This document shows positions 30,647 through 45,868 of a stretch of DNA of 64,000 bases, piece by piece. Where the stretch lies: NCBI RefSeq assembly GCF_009914755.1, contig NC_060925.1. The stretch is one strand, 5' to 3'. Numbering within the stretch: position 1 is the first letter of the stretch; each line of letters opens with the position of its first letter. A model generated the notes under the pieces. That model was given only the letters and a program-made list of their open reading frames with translations. It was not told where the DNA came from and made no database searches. The stretch is from the human T2T-CHM13v2.0 reference genome, Homo sapiens. Both the position numbers and the translations under genes were made by a program.

Positions 30647-32737
30647 TATACAAGGACATTTGTGATTGGTAATCAGTGCAGAGACTTATTGAATTGCTTT
30701 GATCCCAGTGGGAATGGATTTGTGCAGATCCAGGTACACTCTTCCTTAATAATTATTGTGTCCAGTGGTATACACTTACAATTTGGTGAGACAAATGAAA
30801 CTGGGCAAGTAAGAGAGGGAACAGAGTTGAGAGAAATGCCTCTCAAATCCAATGAGGTGGTACCATTAAGCTTGTCTATAAAAGCTGAGTATACCTGAGA
30901 GTGATTTCCTGAGTCTAGAACTCTCAGCAATGGATCCAATAAGTGTGTGGTGGGGAAAAGCAACTAATCCTGAGAAACTGCCATGTGAAGACACTGAATC
31001 CACTGACATTGATGTATCTCCCAATTATAGTTGAAGAAATGGAGGTCGATAAATGTTAAGTAAACTTTTCAAGATCACAGAGCTAGGATTCAGAATAAAG
31101 ACAACTAACATGTACAGAGTACAAAAAAATACTGGAAAAGGGCAAGGTAGAGAATATAGGGAAATAGAAAGCAATAGGATAGGTCTAACTGGCACAGGCA
31201 TAAGGGCAGACTCCTTCACCAAGAAATTACAATCATAACAACTGGCTCTGTGACCCATCCTTATGCCCCTAATATCCATTCTATTCCTCTTAAAAGGCAA
31301 ACATTCCGGGTATGTAAGGGTTTGGGAGGTGGGAAAAAGGCGTCTCCACCTTACAGCCACAATGATCAGTAATCACCTTAGTAGGGATGAGTTATCAGAT
31401 ACCTGAAAAGGATATGAGGGTCAGTGGAATAAAGGGAGGAACACGGGCAAGAGGAAGAAAAGGTAATCAGAACAACAGGTAATGGGCACCAAATAAAAAT
31501 CCTTTCAAGTCACCATTTTGCCCTGCACCAGCATTGTAAATCATTGCCTTTGCCCCAAGGTATACGATGGATACATTATAGACCCATAGTTTGAACCATG
31601 GCCAACAGATGTCTGACCCTCACCATGGTGGATCCATAATCTTGGCCTCTATTGCATAATGATCTGCAAGAAAAAAAATTAAGTGGTTCTACCGTTAACC
31701 AAGTTGCTTACTCCAGGATCTGAAGTCACTTTTGATACCTCTACTCATTTATCTATCACAGGCAATCATTTGCCAAGGCTCAGTTCTACTTCTGAATATG
31801 CTTGCAGGCTCACCACATGCCTTCCTCTTTAATCCCTCACAGTTCCATTCTATCTGTCTCTAAAACACTTTTAATACAGTATCAGTCTTCCACCAAGATA
31901 CAATTGTAAAGTCCATGAGGTTAGGAACAATGTCTATCATTTTACCATCATATCTCCCTCCTGGGCTTAGCACAATCCATGGCACACAGTAGGAGCTTAA
32001 CAAATATTTACTGGAAGAGTAAATAAATATTTGTTGACAGAGTAATTGAATAAATAATACCCTTTTAATCAGTCCACAAATATTTAGTGAGTCAGTATCC
32101 TCTGCCAGGCAATGTGTAAGACACTTAGAATACAGTGAACAAGATAAACATAGTACTTGACCTTTTAGAGCTTATAGTCTAGTAAACTTTTCACCTTTTC
32201 TACTGGAATGAAATAACAGATCTAAGCTCTTTTAAAATCTTACCTGATTATCTGGCTCTTCTCTGAGTTCTTTTGAGCTACATAATTTAACCCTTAAATG
32301 CTCCGTGCTAAGCTCTCTATTATTTTTCTCATTTCTTCACCAAAAAGGTAAGATCCTTGAAGGCAGAGAACTGTTTCAATTTTTGTGTGTATGTGTCCTA
32401 TCTTAATCTACACAGAAGCTTCTTTTAAGAGACTGAAAGAATGGAACTCTCTGAAGTAATGTAAACTTTATATATCTTGATTGGGGATATATCACTAATA
32501 GGGTTATGTCCTGATTGGGCTTTATATCTTGATTGGGTAACACAAGAATATACATTTATCAAAACTCATCAGATTGTACATTTATGATCTGTGTGTTTCA
32601 CTGAAGATAAATATTACTCAATTAAAAATATATTTAAAGTAACACACACTTATTATATAAAACATCACCAAATAAAAGTAGGCAAAATAAGAAAATAAAA
32701 ATCACCAGTAATCTCATCACTCAAAGAAGAACACTGA

Positions 32738-33073
32738 GGCTAGGTGCGGAGGCTCTTCCTGTAATCCCAGCACTTTGGGAGGCCAAGGTGGGAGGATTGC
32801 TTGAATCCAGGAGTTTGAAACCAGCCTGGGCAACATAGTGAGACCCCATCTCTAAAAAACATAATTAGCTAAGTGTGTGCCTATAGTCTCAGCTACTCAG
32901 TAGGAGGATTGCTTGATCCTGGGAGGTCAAGGTTGCAGTATGAGCTCATACACATCATGATTGGGCCACTGCACTCCAGCCTGGGTGACAGAGAAAGACC
33001 TTGTCAAAAAAGAAAAGAAAAGAAGAAAAGAAAGGAAGGAAGAAAGGAAGGAAGGAAGGAAGAAAGGAAGGAA

Positions 33074-33129
<56 letters not shown>

Positions 33130-33238
33130 CAAAGAAACAAAGAAAGAAAGAAAAAGAAAGAAAGAAAGAAAGGAAGGAAGGAGAGAAGGAAGGAAGGAAG
33201 CAAGGAAGGAAGGAAGCAAGGAAGGAAGGATGGACAAT
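32738..33238 (+). mobile_element. AluJ with expanded purine-rich (GAAA/GGAA) tail (~33006-33232)
   Basis: AluJ body to ~33005, then a compound GGAA/GAAA/GAAACAAA microsatellite. Confidence 0.9.
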
Positions 33239-34710
33239 AAAAAGGAACATTGCTTACATTTTGAGGTATATCCATCCACACTTTTTTTTGCACACACATA
33301 CATACACACTATGGATTCATATAGAGTGTAGTGCCTTCTAATTTCTTTATAAACAGTATACTGAGAACATACATAAAAGGTTCTTTGTAATTACCTCTTG
33401 AAGAATTAATTTGCTAAACTGCATAAAAATCAGAATCCTAAATTTGTTTCCAAAACTTTTGGAGTGTACAATATTCCATCATCATTACCATCAACACTTG
33501 TTGAATATCAAATGTCATCCCTAAAGAGTTTTCTTGACAAAGAATGATCTTTTGCTAATGTTGCTAAATCTTAACTGCTAGATGATCACTAACAGTAAAT
33601 TTTTAAGCTGGTACCGGATTTATGATCAGCTTCAACTAACATTCTAGTGTTCTTAGTGACTAAGTACAACAAGTATCACCTCAGAATTTATTCTTCTATT
33701 CCCCTCATATTACTAAGCTGTTAGAAGATCCAATTTATGGCATGTTGCTATTATATTCATTGTTTAATTTGGGTAGATTCTAATTTAATACAGGGACCCA
33801 CATAATTGTATGGCTAGACTGTTGTGATCTACATCCTCATAAAATTTATCACAATATGAGCTCATACACGCAAATCTCACATTTATATCAGCAGTTCAAA
33901 CCACATCAAACTTAAGACATAATATTTGAAGTCAGCAAAGCCACAGCCCACCTCTAACACTTCCTAAAAAATCCATTGCTAAATCTAGTTCACCAAGAAG
34001 ATGGCATATGGGTAAATATTCTAGTGAGTCCTTTGCTGGTTTCCTGATGGTGCTACATAGACTCAGACAGAAGGAGAATTACTTGGAACTACCCAGAAAA
34101 TGAGAAGAGCAAGGACTAGAAGCAAAGATTTGTGAGAAAGGGAAATGTCTTTTGCTTTACACTTTTTGGCAAATGATAAAAGGCAGCTTTAGTGACAGCA
34201 GCCAGATGGAGATCAAATGACAACTGTGAGTTCATAATGGTCTCCAGCATCCTGGCAAGCAGAGGGGCAGTAGGGGAAGTGGGAGGGGTCAGCTTTCCTG
34301 GTACTACAAGTCAATCTGGTGCACATCAGTGTTATCTGACGTCAGCTAAACCCAGTTCTGAGGCACTACATCGGGACCAGCTGCCACATACTGAAAGCAC
34401 CCTGGCCTGCCTCTGTGCACTCCCTGAACTCCTCCTGCCCATAACATTTACAGGGTGCTACCAGTTAATTTATGTTCCCCACACCAGGGAGGATCCAGAT
34501 GTCGAGGCTGCAGTTGCTGATTTGAAAGGAGCTCACAAATACAGGAAGCTCTCAGAGGATAAAAGAAAACATGAGTATTTTACAGTGAACTTGAGAAACT
34601 CATTGTTCTGTATTAAAAAACACGCACACGAGAAGTGTTTGAATAACATCAAGCCTGTTCCTTAGCATGCACAGAAACACATGATTCACATTATCAAAAC
34701 TGCCTAAAAA

Positions 34711-35042
34711 GGCTGGTTGTGGTGGCTCACATCTCTAATCCTAGCACTTTGGGAGGCTGAAATGGGTGGATTACTTGAGGCCAGGAATTCAAGACCAGCC
34801 TGGTCAACATGGTGAAACTGCATCTCTACTAAAAATGCAAAAATTAGCCAGGCATGGTGGCGCAGGCCTGCAGTCTCAGCTACTCTGGAGGCTGAGGCAC
34901 GAGAATCACTTGAGCCCGGGAGGCAGAGGTTGCAGTGAACCGAGGTTGCAGTGAGCCGAGTTCATGCCACTGCACTCCAGCCTGGGCGACAGAGCAAGAC
35001 CCTATCTCAAACAAACAAGGAAACAAAAACAAAAACAAAAAA
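34711..35042 (+). mobile_element. Old Alu (Jb/S) with internal duplication of gaggttgcagtga(a/g)cc
   Basis: Dimer with A/C-rich tail. Confidence 0.88.
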
Positions 35043-35799
35043 CGGCCTAAAGATCTAAAATGCACTGATGGGGGAACCTCGGTTCATCTATAGTTAGAAA
35101 GGGAACATGTATATTGGATCTACCTGTGGCTGCCATCAAAATTCAGGGGAATTTTCACAGCAGTAAGGACGGACCAGGAAGTCCAGTCAGTACTTTTGCT
35201 GTTAGCAATGATGCCTCAAATGTTAGAGAAAATGGAAATAAATACAATATTTTACTTAGATGAAGGAATTAAGAACAAAGAAAATTAGAAAGGACATTGG
35301 AAAATGGGTGCCATCTAATTAATATTCATGGTGTCCTGCTACATGCAGTGTACTCTAAGTGCTGTGTGTATTTTGTCTCATTTGATTTTCATCATAAGTT
35401 TAAGAGACAGCGTTTGTCAGAAAAGAGGCAAAAGAGCTTAGATGGCTTGCCCAAGCCTGATTCCAGAGTCTGCATTCTGAACACTACACTCTGATGCCAC
35501 GTGAACCACAGCTGTTCTAGAGAAGCATAATATGTGGTTAAGAATGTGAGATTTGCAGTCCCACAGATGTGCATTTGCATCTTGCCCTGGCCATTTAGCT
35601 AGGGGTCTTTTGAGTTAGTAACTAGTTTAACCTCTCCAGTAGGCTACAGCTTACTTAGCAATAAAATGAAGATAATAGTATCTATCTCATAGATTGTTGT
35701 GAGGGCTTAGTGACATCATGTAAATAAAAATTTACCATAGTGCTAAGCATGATAAGCATTTAGCAAATTAGTATTTTTTCTTCTTTTTATATTTTAAAA

Positions 35800-36110
<311 letters not shown>

Positions 36111-38863
36111 AAAATAAGGTCTGGTGGGGGTAGGGGAGGAAGTGTCTTTAAAGGAGCTGGCAGGCCTTGAATCTATTATAGTGTTGAGGACAGCATAACT
36201 TCTGAATTTTCTAAACATCTCTGGAAGCCAACTCACTGCTGCACACAGATTTCATGAGAAAATCTTCTAAAGGGATGCACATAGGTTGAAGTTTTGACAT
36301 GTCTGAGTTTTGGAAATTATGCTAAGTGTCTTTTCATTAAACTTGGAGAAGAATGAAGGGCAATGCTCATATCATAGGTGACAACCTGAGAAAAAGTAAA
36401 TTGCAGAGCACTGTAAAAACCCAGTGTTTAAGGACTCCTCATAGCTAGAACCGAATAAATTAGGATTTCCCCTGTGGTTAGATTTAAGGCAAATACAGCT
36501 TCAGGATCACAGATGGACTTGTTTTGATAGTTTACATAAAAGATATAAATCCAAACTTATAAAATGGAGTAGAGGGTCCAGTTGCTAGGGATAATTAGGG
36601 ACACGCCAAATTAACCAAACTTAATTCAGATGGTCATTAAACAGTGACCCCACCTGGTTTTCAGTCGTTTTACCATCTGTTGTAGCTCCTTCTTCTCAGA
36701 TGGGAGAGGTCTCACTAGCTCCCAGGTGTGACCTGTTTATTAAGACACAGTGCCAAATCATACTCCATAGCATTTGGTAACCAGACAATAAATTAAGGTT
36801 AATAAGGCAAGTTGTAACATAACTTCAACTGACCTATGGAAACAGATTGAAATGTTTGAAAATTGATATCAAAGCAGAGGAACATGAATGTTTTTTAAAT
36901 TCTTTAGACACATTATCTGGTGATTGAATTTTTAAGGCCCAGAAAAATAACTTTTTTTGTGGTAAGGTAAGGTATTTGAGGTTTCTCAGTGACTGCGAAA
37001 AATATAGAGTAATTATAGAATAATAAAATTATTAAGTAAAAAATGTTAGAGCTGGAAGGGTCTTAGGGAACCAGACATTTCCCATTGTGACCAATATGCA
37101 TGGCTCAGAGGCTACGGGGTGTATTGCAGGAGGGGAGTGAGGGGGAGCCTAAACTTGCCAATCCCTGCCCTTCACCCCCACTGCTATCCGGCTACTGCAG
37201 CCACAACACTTCCACTTTTATCTATCTATATGTGGGGATTATGCCTACTGTGGATTTTGGGGAAAGGGAGTTCTTTTCAAAATTAAAAAGAGTTCACAAA
37301 TATTTGTCAAATGAGGAAACTGAGGAATGGCGAGGGTAAACAACCTGCTAAAGATTCTATCATTCAAGCCACATTCTTGGAGGGACATCAAATTAGATTT
37401 ATTGTTGTTACTATGTCTGCAAAGTAGCCACATAGTTCTTAATTTTACAGCATCATTTCAAAACTTCCATAAATACAGACCAGATATACAATATAAACAA
37501 ATAAGCTTATAAACTGGCCTTCTTGTATTTGATGGCGATGCTTTCCTAAAATAGGGAGGACGGCTTGCCAAGAGGGAGTCTCCAGCTGAGAAAGCAAAAT
37601 CTCTGACACATTTCTGCTTAGTGGACAATGATACTAATAAGATTGCCCCCTCCTATATGTTAAGGGAATGAGCTGGAACATATGGCAAAAATCCTTACAG
37701 GTCAACAACAGAATGTTAAACACAATCCATCACTTTGCCACAAACTGATATGGTCCACAAAGCACAGAAGTAAAGTGTTCATAATGGATAGCCAGATAGC
37801 AGACTATTCACTACATTCTTTGGTTACTGAAAATGAGGCTACTTTGGACCTTTACATACAAAGTCTCATGGGAGCCAGAAAGACTACTGTCACACAAACA
37901 TGGCTGTGGCCCACATCTAAGACCAGCTATACAGAAATGAGCACTCCAAAAGACCATGTCCCAGACCCTCTTCAAAACATCACAGTCTTACAGAGCTTGA
38001 TCCTAAATGATCTTGTTTTAATATTTAATATCTTCCAGACTTTGAGACTGACATTTTATTGCCAAAGTACATGAGGACCAAACCAAAATAAAAGAATGCA
38101 TATTATTCAAAGAACAAAAAAAACTTATAAGCTATTTCAAAGAATAAGTTTTACTGGCAGAAATTTCCAGCTAATCAGGATTAAATGCTTACAAGCACTA
38201 AAGCCAGAGAGAGAGGTAGAAGTTCAAATAGTAGTAAAGAATGCTCTTATTCTCTTTTATTTCTTTTTCTTTCATTCTCAGTCTCCTAAATACTACTTTA
38301 TTTCCTTAATTTCATCTCCAATTGTGTTTCTTGTATGTTGCTTCCGCAACATAACCCATCTTTGCTTTCAAATCTCCCACTTCAAAACTGACCTTCATAA
38401 AACCTTTCAGAGTTGTTTTCCTCATCATTATAATCTCTTTGTGCTACATTGAAAGAACAAGACTTGAAGCTTGGCAATTAAGCACCTTTTAATCTATTGG
38501 GTATTATATGTGTATACAGTACAGGTCAAAATCCTTAGCTTACAAAATGGGCCAGTTTATAACCCCTGAAAAAATTATAAGAAAAACAGTTGGACGGGGG
38601 TGGAGGAACTATGAGAATAATATGAATGCAGATAAGGGTGCACAATCCTCTGTAACTAAAACAATACAAGTAGTTTTCTGATGTCTTGGAGGACTGAAAA
38701 AAAAATACAAGCCCCAAAACAGTATTTGATCAAGACATCTTCCTTTCTAATATACAAAAAAGACAACAAATTGTATAACTCTTATGTTCTAATTCATCAA
38801 TTATATATTAAAATCTGTGTACCTTATTCATTCAATAATATCTGATTTAACAAATATTTATTG

Positions 38864-40320
<1,457 letters not shown>

Positions 40321-40370
40321 TGGGTGAATAGAATTGTTTCTTTTATTTCAGAGAGAGAAAACTCACAAAT

Positions 40371-40721
<351 letters not shown>

Positions 40722-41075
40722 TCACCAACTCAGACCACCTACTTCCCTCACCAGTGATTAGGCTACAAAGCAGAGACTCTCAGAACATTCCTCCCATGAT
40801 AGAAGCCTTCTGATACGCACCGACAGAGAGGTGAGGGGTTAGGGGGTGTTGATCTTGAAGAATGTTCTAGTTAGTCTCTTCATCTGACTTCTCCACTGGC
40901 TGGGCCTTGCTTGGCTGGTGAAATGTGAGCAGCTGGTGGCAGCACAAGGTGGCCAGCCCAAAGCTCAAATCAACACTATGATTACTACCATGATTCTTAA
41001 TAGCTGAAGAGAATTTCCACAGGATAAGGATTTATTGAACACACAAAAAAGATGGCATTAAGAATATTATACTAG

Positions 41076-41552
41076 TTTTTTGTTGTTGTTTTTGTTTTTG
41101 TTTTGAGACGGAGTTTCAATCTTGTCACCCAGGCTGGAGTGCAATGGCACCATCTCGGCTCACTGCAACCTCCACCTCCAGATTCAAGTGATTCTCCTGC
41201 CTCAGCCTCCCGAGTAGCTAAGATTACAGGTGCCTGCCACCGCGCCTGGCTAATTTTTGTATTTTTAGTAGAGCTGGGGTTTCACCATGTTAGCCAGGCT
41301 GGTCTCAAACTCCTTAGCCAGGCTGGTCTCAAGCTCCTGACCTCAGGTGATCCACCCGCCTTGGCCTCCCAAAGTGCTGGGATTACAGGTGTGAGCCACC
41401 ACACCTGGCCCCAACTAATTTTTGTATTTTTAGTAGAGGTGGGGTTTTACCATGTTGGCCAGGCTGGTTTTGAACTCCTGACCTCAGGTGATCCGACCTC
41501 CTCAGCCTCTCAAAGTGCTGGGATTACAGGCGTGAGCTACTGCACCTGACCA
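41076..41552 (-). mobile_element. AluS with an extra left monomer (trimer-like)
   Basis: Right arm, left arm, then a second linker and left arm (~41413-41552). Confidence 0.88.
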
Positions 41553-42016
41553 GGAACCTTATGATTTTTAACAAGAAAAAATAATACAATACAATTCTAG
41601 GGAGGTGGAAAATACATCCATCATAGTTGAACTGATCTTCTCCTTTGATGTGGACAATGATCTAATACTGAAATAACAAGCATTATATTTCTTTCAGATG
41701 TTAAGCATTGATTGTTTTTTGAAAGAAAGAAAGAATAATTCTGCATTATGGAACCAGTAGTAGGAATGTATGTAGGATAAGCATGACTAAAATATCAAAA
41801 AGATCTTTAATATGCAAAGCAAGTAGCAGTGCTAAAATAATTGAACAATTCTTGAGTATATATTTCCATATGATTTCCAAATATAATCATTTGGTATCTT
41901 TACAAACATTACTACAAGAGCATTCTACTCCTGTGTACTTGGCAGTTGTCAGAGTTACCTGTAGTGGTTTTTAAAATGACATCACATATTGGAGTTATCA
42001 CACTGATTATAAAGAA

Positions 42017-42043
<27 letters not shown>
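42017..42043. repeat. (TA)n microsatellite
   Basis: Visible run. Confidence 0.95.
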
Positions 42044-42048
<5 letters not shown>

Positions 42049-43906
42049 GATATAGGAAAATTTCTCTGATTTACCATTGACTACCAATGTCCTCCAGGAC
42101 TAATAAACAGTTATGATAAATCAACTATGTCCATTCTAATGTGTAACTACAATCTAACTGTGTAGCTAAATGCAGTTTTTACTTCCAGCCATGAGGCCCA
42201 ACTTTGAAGATAATCACTGAGAAAACATTCTAGGTATACTCAGCAATCAGGCAAAATGATGTAACGTATCTGAGTCAGAAAGTATGACAAATGAATATTT
42301 TTGCATACTGGAAGCCCAAGCTTATCTCAGAGAAAATCCCCAAAATACTTGGGCAAATAACTTTCTGATGAAGTCAAATATAGCATGCAGTATAATTTTT
42401 GAGTGGAGGACTAAGCCTATAATAAGAAGTAACCATTTGATATCACATTTTTACTGGATATAGTCGACTTGGGTGGGGCACTTTAGGACTGTGGTTCATT
42501 TGAATTGGTGTAAACAATACACCGGTTCTACTGTCCTACAGCCTCCATTCAGATGACTGAAGTCATGGGACTTTCAGCATAGCTAGCTGATGACAGTGCA
42601 TACTATTTTGTCCCAAAATCCAGTTCAAGCATGGACATACCAATAAGAGCCTAAGCTCTTTAAAGGCAAAGGACCAGGAATTGTACAGTTCTTGGTATAG
42701 AAGAAGACAGGCAAAAGTGTTTTTGAACTAACGTTAAATGTGCAATATGTTAGAATTCATGCAATGCACAGGACTGCAGGATTCTGATATCTTATTTAAC
42801 TCTCAAATTCTATTCAACTCAATAAACCTTGACTGTGCTTCTACTAAATGCAGGTATTGTACTAGGAGCTGAGGACACCAAACTGATGAAGTCCTTGCTG
42901 TCAAGAAACTCACATGATTCCCTAATTCTTTGTCAGCTTGCTGTGATCACATTTTCTTCCCAAGAACCTCTAAGAAATGCCTAGTGGATAGAACCTTGGA
43001 GTTCCACGGAACATATTAACAATCGCCAAATGATGACTCAGGCTAGATTGTGTAATTCAGGTTTTGTCTGCAAAACTGAAAATGCTTCGGTAACCTACCT
43101 AAATTTCAATGTTGAGGAATTCTTTAAGAAAGACATCAAATGTTAAGATTTAAGGCATAGATATGAGATACATAGTCATGCTTAGGTGAATTATGCACTG
43201 ACCATGACCATTTCTTTACTCAAATGTTGTCCATGGCTGACAACACAGTGAAAAAATGAGTGCAAAATGACAACTCAAATAAATGAACCAGAAAACCTAT
43301 CACTTTTCTTTTCCACCAAATTAAGATCAAGAGAGCTGGAGAATATTTTGTCTAGAGTGATAAAAACATAAGGGTGCAAAACTTCCAGGTACCTTTGCAG
43401 AAATTACTTCTGTGACCTTTGGCTGTACAGCAACCTTAATAATGCAAGCACTGTTTTGAATGCAAGCATGTGGGAGCCATTTTCACCACTTTTGATGACT
43501 TCAGTAGGTTTAAGAAATGTTTTTGCTTTTATTGCATAAACCATAAAACAAAGGAAGGGACTTTTGAACTACTCAGTGAGAGTCTATATATTAAAGTTTG
43601 TTTTTCAAAAATGTGTAACTACCATTTGCAGTTTTAAAGGTCTGCTTTCCACCTACAAGTTGCCATTATCTCAAAGGTGAAATTTTAGCATATGACTAAA
43701 AACTTCCTATAGTTACAGCTTCATGATTCAGCATCTAACATCAATAATTCACAGTGAGATCATAGGAGGCTCTCTGTGGAAGGTAACGACATACATACGT
43801 TAGGAAAGGAAGCTTAGGGCATATCGAGAGCATTTTGAATTTAGACTTGTGGGCTGTGTGGGTGTCAGATGGTTGTCTCTCAGCTGGTGGGCGTCCAGAA
43901 GGATCC

Positions 43907-44340
43907 TTGTTTGGGCAAGGCTCTTTGAGAAAGGAGAATCTGGGTTGCCAGGGATTCCCACATGTGGTCACCAGCTCCCCACGCAGACCAGCTCACGATT
44001 TCCCAGTTACACCGGGCAGGTGGGAAACCGTTCTGCTTTCTGTGGAAAAGATTCTAACTTGGTTCCCTGCCATCCCTGAATACAAACGGGTTGGTTTTTC
44101 TTTTTTGAGCTTCCAACCCTTGCAGCTTTCCAAAAATAAATCAAACCAGCCATCAGGGCACCGAAATAATACTACTGCTAATAAGCAGCTTCGCCTAGAC
44201 TTAGATAAACAACACTTCTGAGGTAAACTTTGCCCCGGAGGTCTGGAGACACTTTTTTAATGTAACCTGCTTACTAATAATTACTAGACTTCAGTGCATT
44301 AACCCTGGAAATAGATTTTAATAGCCACCCCTTAAAACAA
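43907..44340. promoter_or_regulatory. Forkhead (FOXO)-like sites in the GADD45A upstream promoter
   Basis: TTGTTTG 43907-43913, TAAACAA 44206-44212, TAAAACAA 44333-44340. GADD45A is a known FOXO3 target; assignment to these exact motifs is inferred. Confidence 0.55.
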
Positions 44341-44513
44341 AAGACATGAAAAGATAATAAGAAAAAAGTGCCGCAACTATTATAGAAAAACACTTGGCAG
44401 CCTGCTTCAGCCCAAGCTGAGGCCACCTCTAGCCTCTGCTAAAGCCCCCCACTCCCAATGGTCCCCGCCAACCGGATAAGAGTGCGCGCGGGACCCGCCT
44501 TCCCCTCTCGGCA

Positions 44514-44533
44514 CCGCCCCCGCCCCCGCCCCC
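44514..44533. promoter_or_regulatory. GC-box array (Sp1/EGR1/WT1)
   Basis: ccgcccccgcccccgccccc with overlapping EGR1-type CGCCCCCGC sites. Confidence 0.8.
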
Positions 44534-44619
44534 TCGGCTCGCCTCCCGCGTGGCTCCTCCCTTTTCCGCTCCTCTCAACCTGACTCCAGGAGCTGGGGTC
44601 AAATTGCTGGAGCAGGCTG

Positions 44620-44654
44620 ATTTGCATAGCCCAATGGCCAAGCTGCATGCAAAT
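44620..44654. promoter_or_regulatory. Oct-1 / CCAAT (NF-Y) / Oct-1 module
   Basis: ATTTGCAT 44620-44627, CCAAT 44631-44635, ATGCAAAT 44647-44654; the established p53-independent, BRCA1-responsive element of GADD45A. Confidence 0.92.
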
Positions 44655-45013
44655 GAGGCGGAAGGTGGTTGGCTGAGGGTTGGCAGGATAACCCCGGAGA
44701 GCGGGGCCCTTTGTCCTCCAGTGGCTGGTAGGCAGTGGCTGGGAGGCAGCGGCCCAATTAGTGTCGTGCGGCCCGTGGCGAGGCGAGGTCCGGGGAGCGA
44801 GCGAGCAAGCAAGGCGGGAGGGGTGGCCGGAGCTGCGGCGGCTGGCACAGGAGGAGGAGCCCGGGCGGGCGAGGGGCGGCCGGAGAGCGCCAGGGCCTGA
44901 GCTGCCGGAGCGGCGCCTGTGAGTGAGTGCAGAAAGCAGGCGCCCGCGCGCTAGCCGTGGCAGGAGCAGCCCGCACGCCGCGCTCTCTCCCTGGGCGACC
45001 TGCAGTTTGCAAT

Positions 45014-45057
45014 ATGACTTTGGAGGAATTCTCGGCTGGAGAGCAGAAGACCGAAAG
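45014..45057 (+). CDS. GADD45A: GADD45A coding exon 1
   Basis: MTLEEFSAGEQKTE(R); donor AG|gtgagt. Confidence 0.98.
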
Positions 45058-45543
45058 GTGAGTCGGCCTGCGGACTCTTCCGGCCCGAACTTCTCTTACC
45101 TACCCCGCGCTCCCCGGTGCAGCCGGGCTGTGGAAGGCTTGCAGGGGAGGAAGCTAAAAAGTTTGCACAGGGCAACTCCCGCCCTTGCTCCCTCGGGACT
45201 CTCCGTGGAGCTCCCACGGACTGAAAGAGCGTGCCCCCCAACCCGAACGAGCCCCGCCGGGGCCTTTGCAAAGGGCAGCAGTGGCCGTCGCTGCCCGTGC
45301 GGCTCCCGTGGCTGGCAGCCTGTGGCAGGGGCACTCTCGGGACTTCTCACGGGACGCCCGGTCCTTGGGCGTGCAGGGGTCATGGGGGGTGACGGGGCCG
45401 CGGGAGCGCCGGGTTTTCGTAGAGCCCAGGTGCGCGGTGGTGCTTGCATTCGAGAGGGAGGGGCGTGGTACCGGACGAGGGGGGCGGCGATGGCCCCGAG
45501 GGCACCGGGGCTGACGGGACCCCTCGCCCTTGCCCGCGTGTAG

Positions 45544-45645
45544 GATGGATAAGGTGGGGGATGCCCTGGAGGAAGTGCTCAGCAAAGCCCTGAGTCAGCG
45601 CACGATCACTGTCGGGGTGTACGAAGCGGCCAAGCTGCTCAACGT
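45544..45645 (+). CDS. GADD45A: GADD45A coding exon 2 (102 nt)
   Basis: Acceptor tag|G; [33 protein letters not shown](V); donor gtaagt. Confidence 0.98.
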
Positions 45646-45868
45646 GTAAGTGGGGCCCTTGCGCGTCCCCCATGGCACCCCTTCCCGCCCCAGCCCGGGA
45701 GGTCGCCTTGGCTGGGCGCCCCTCGCCCGGCCGCGCCACTTCCTGTCGCTTTTCTGCCTGTCTCGGAAGGGAGGGGGCGAGCGGGCCGGGCGGCGACCCC
45801 CAGGGACCCGGGCAGGGGTTGAGGGCGCCCGCGCTTCTGCGCTCACTGGCCCCGCCCGCTGCCCCCAG

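Noticed and set aside
32873-33341. K/E/R-rich and F/L/S-rich ORFs
   Set aside because: Translations of the GAAA/GGAA microsatellite.
37682-38452. 130-aa and 118-aa ORFs in unique DNA
   Set aside because: No domain similarity, promoter or splice structure that I can see.
40938-40956. CTCF-like motif gcagcacaaggtggcc
   Set aside because: Weak match that cannot be supported without PWM scoring or ChIP data.
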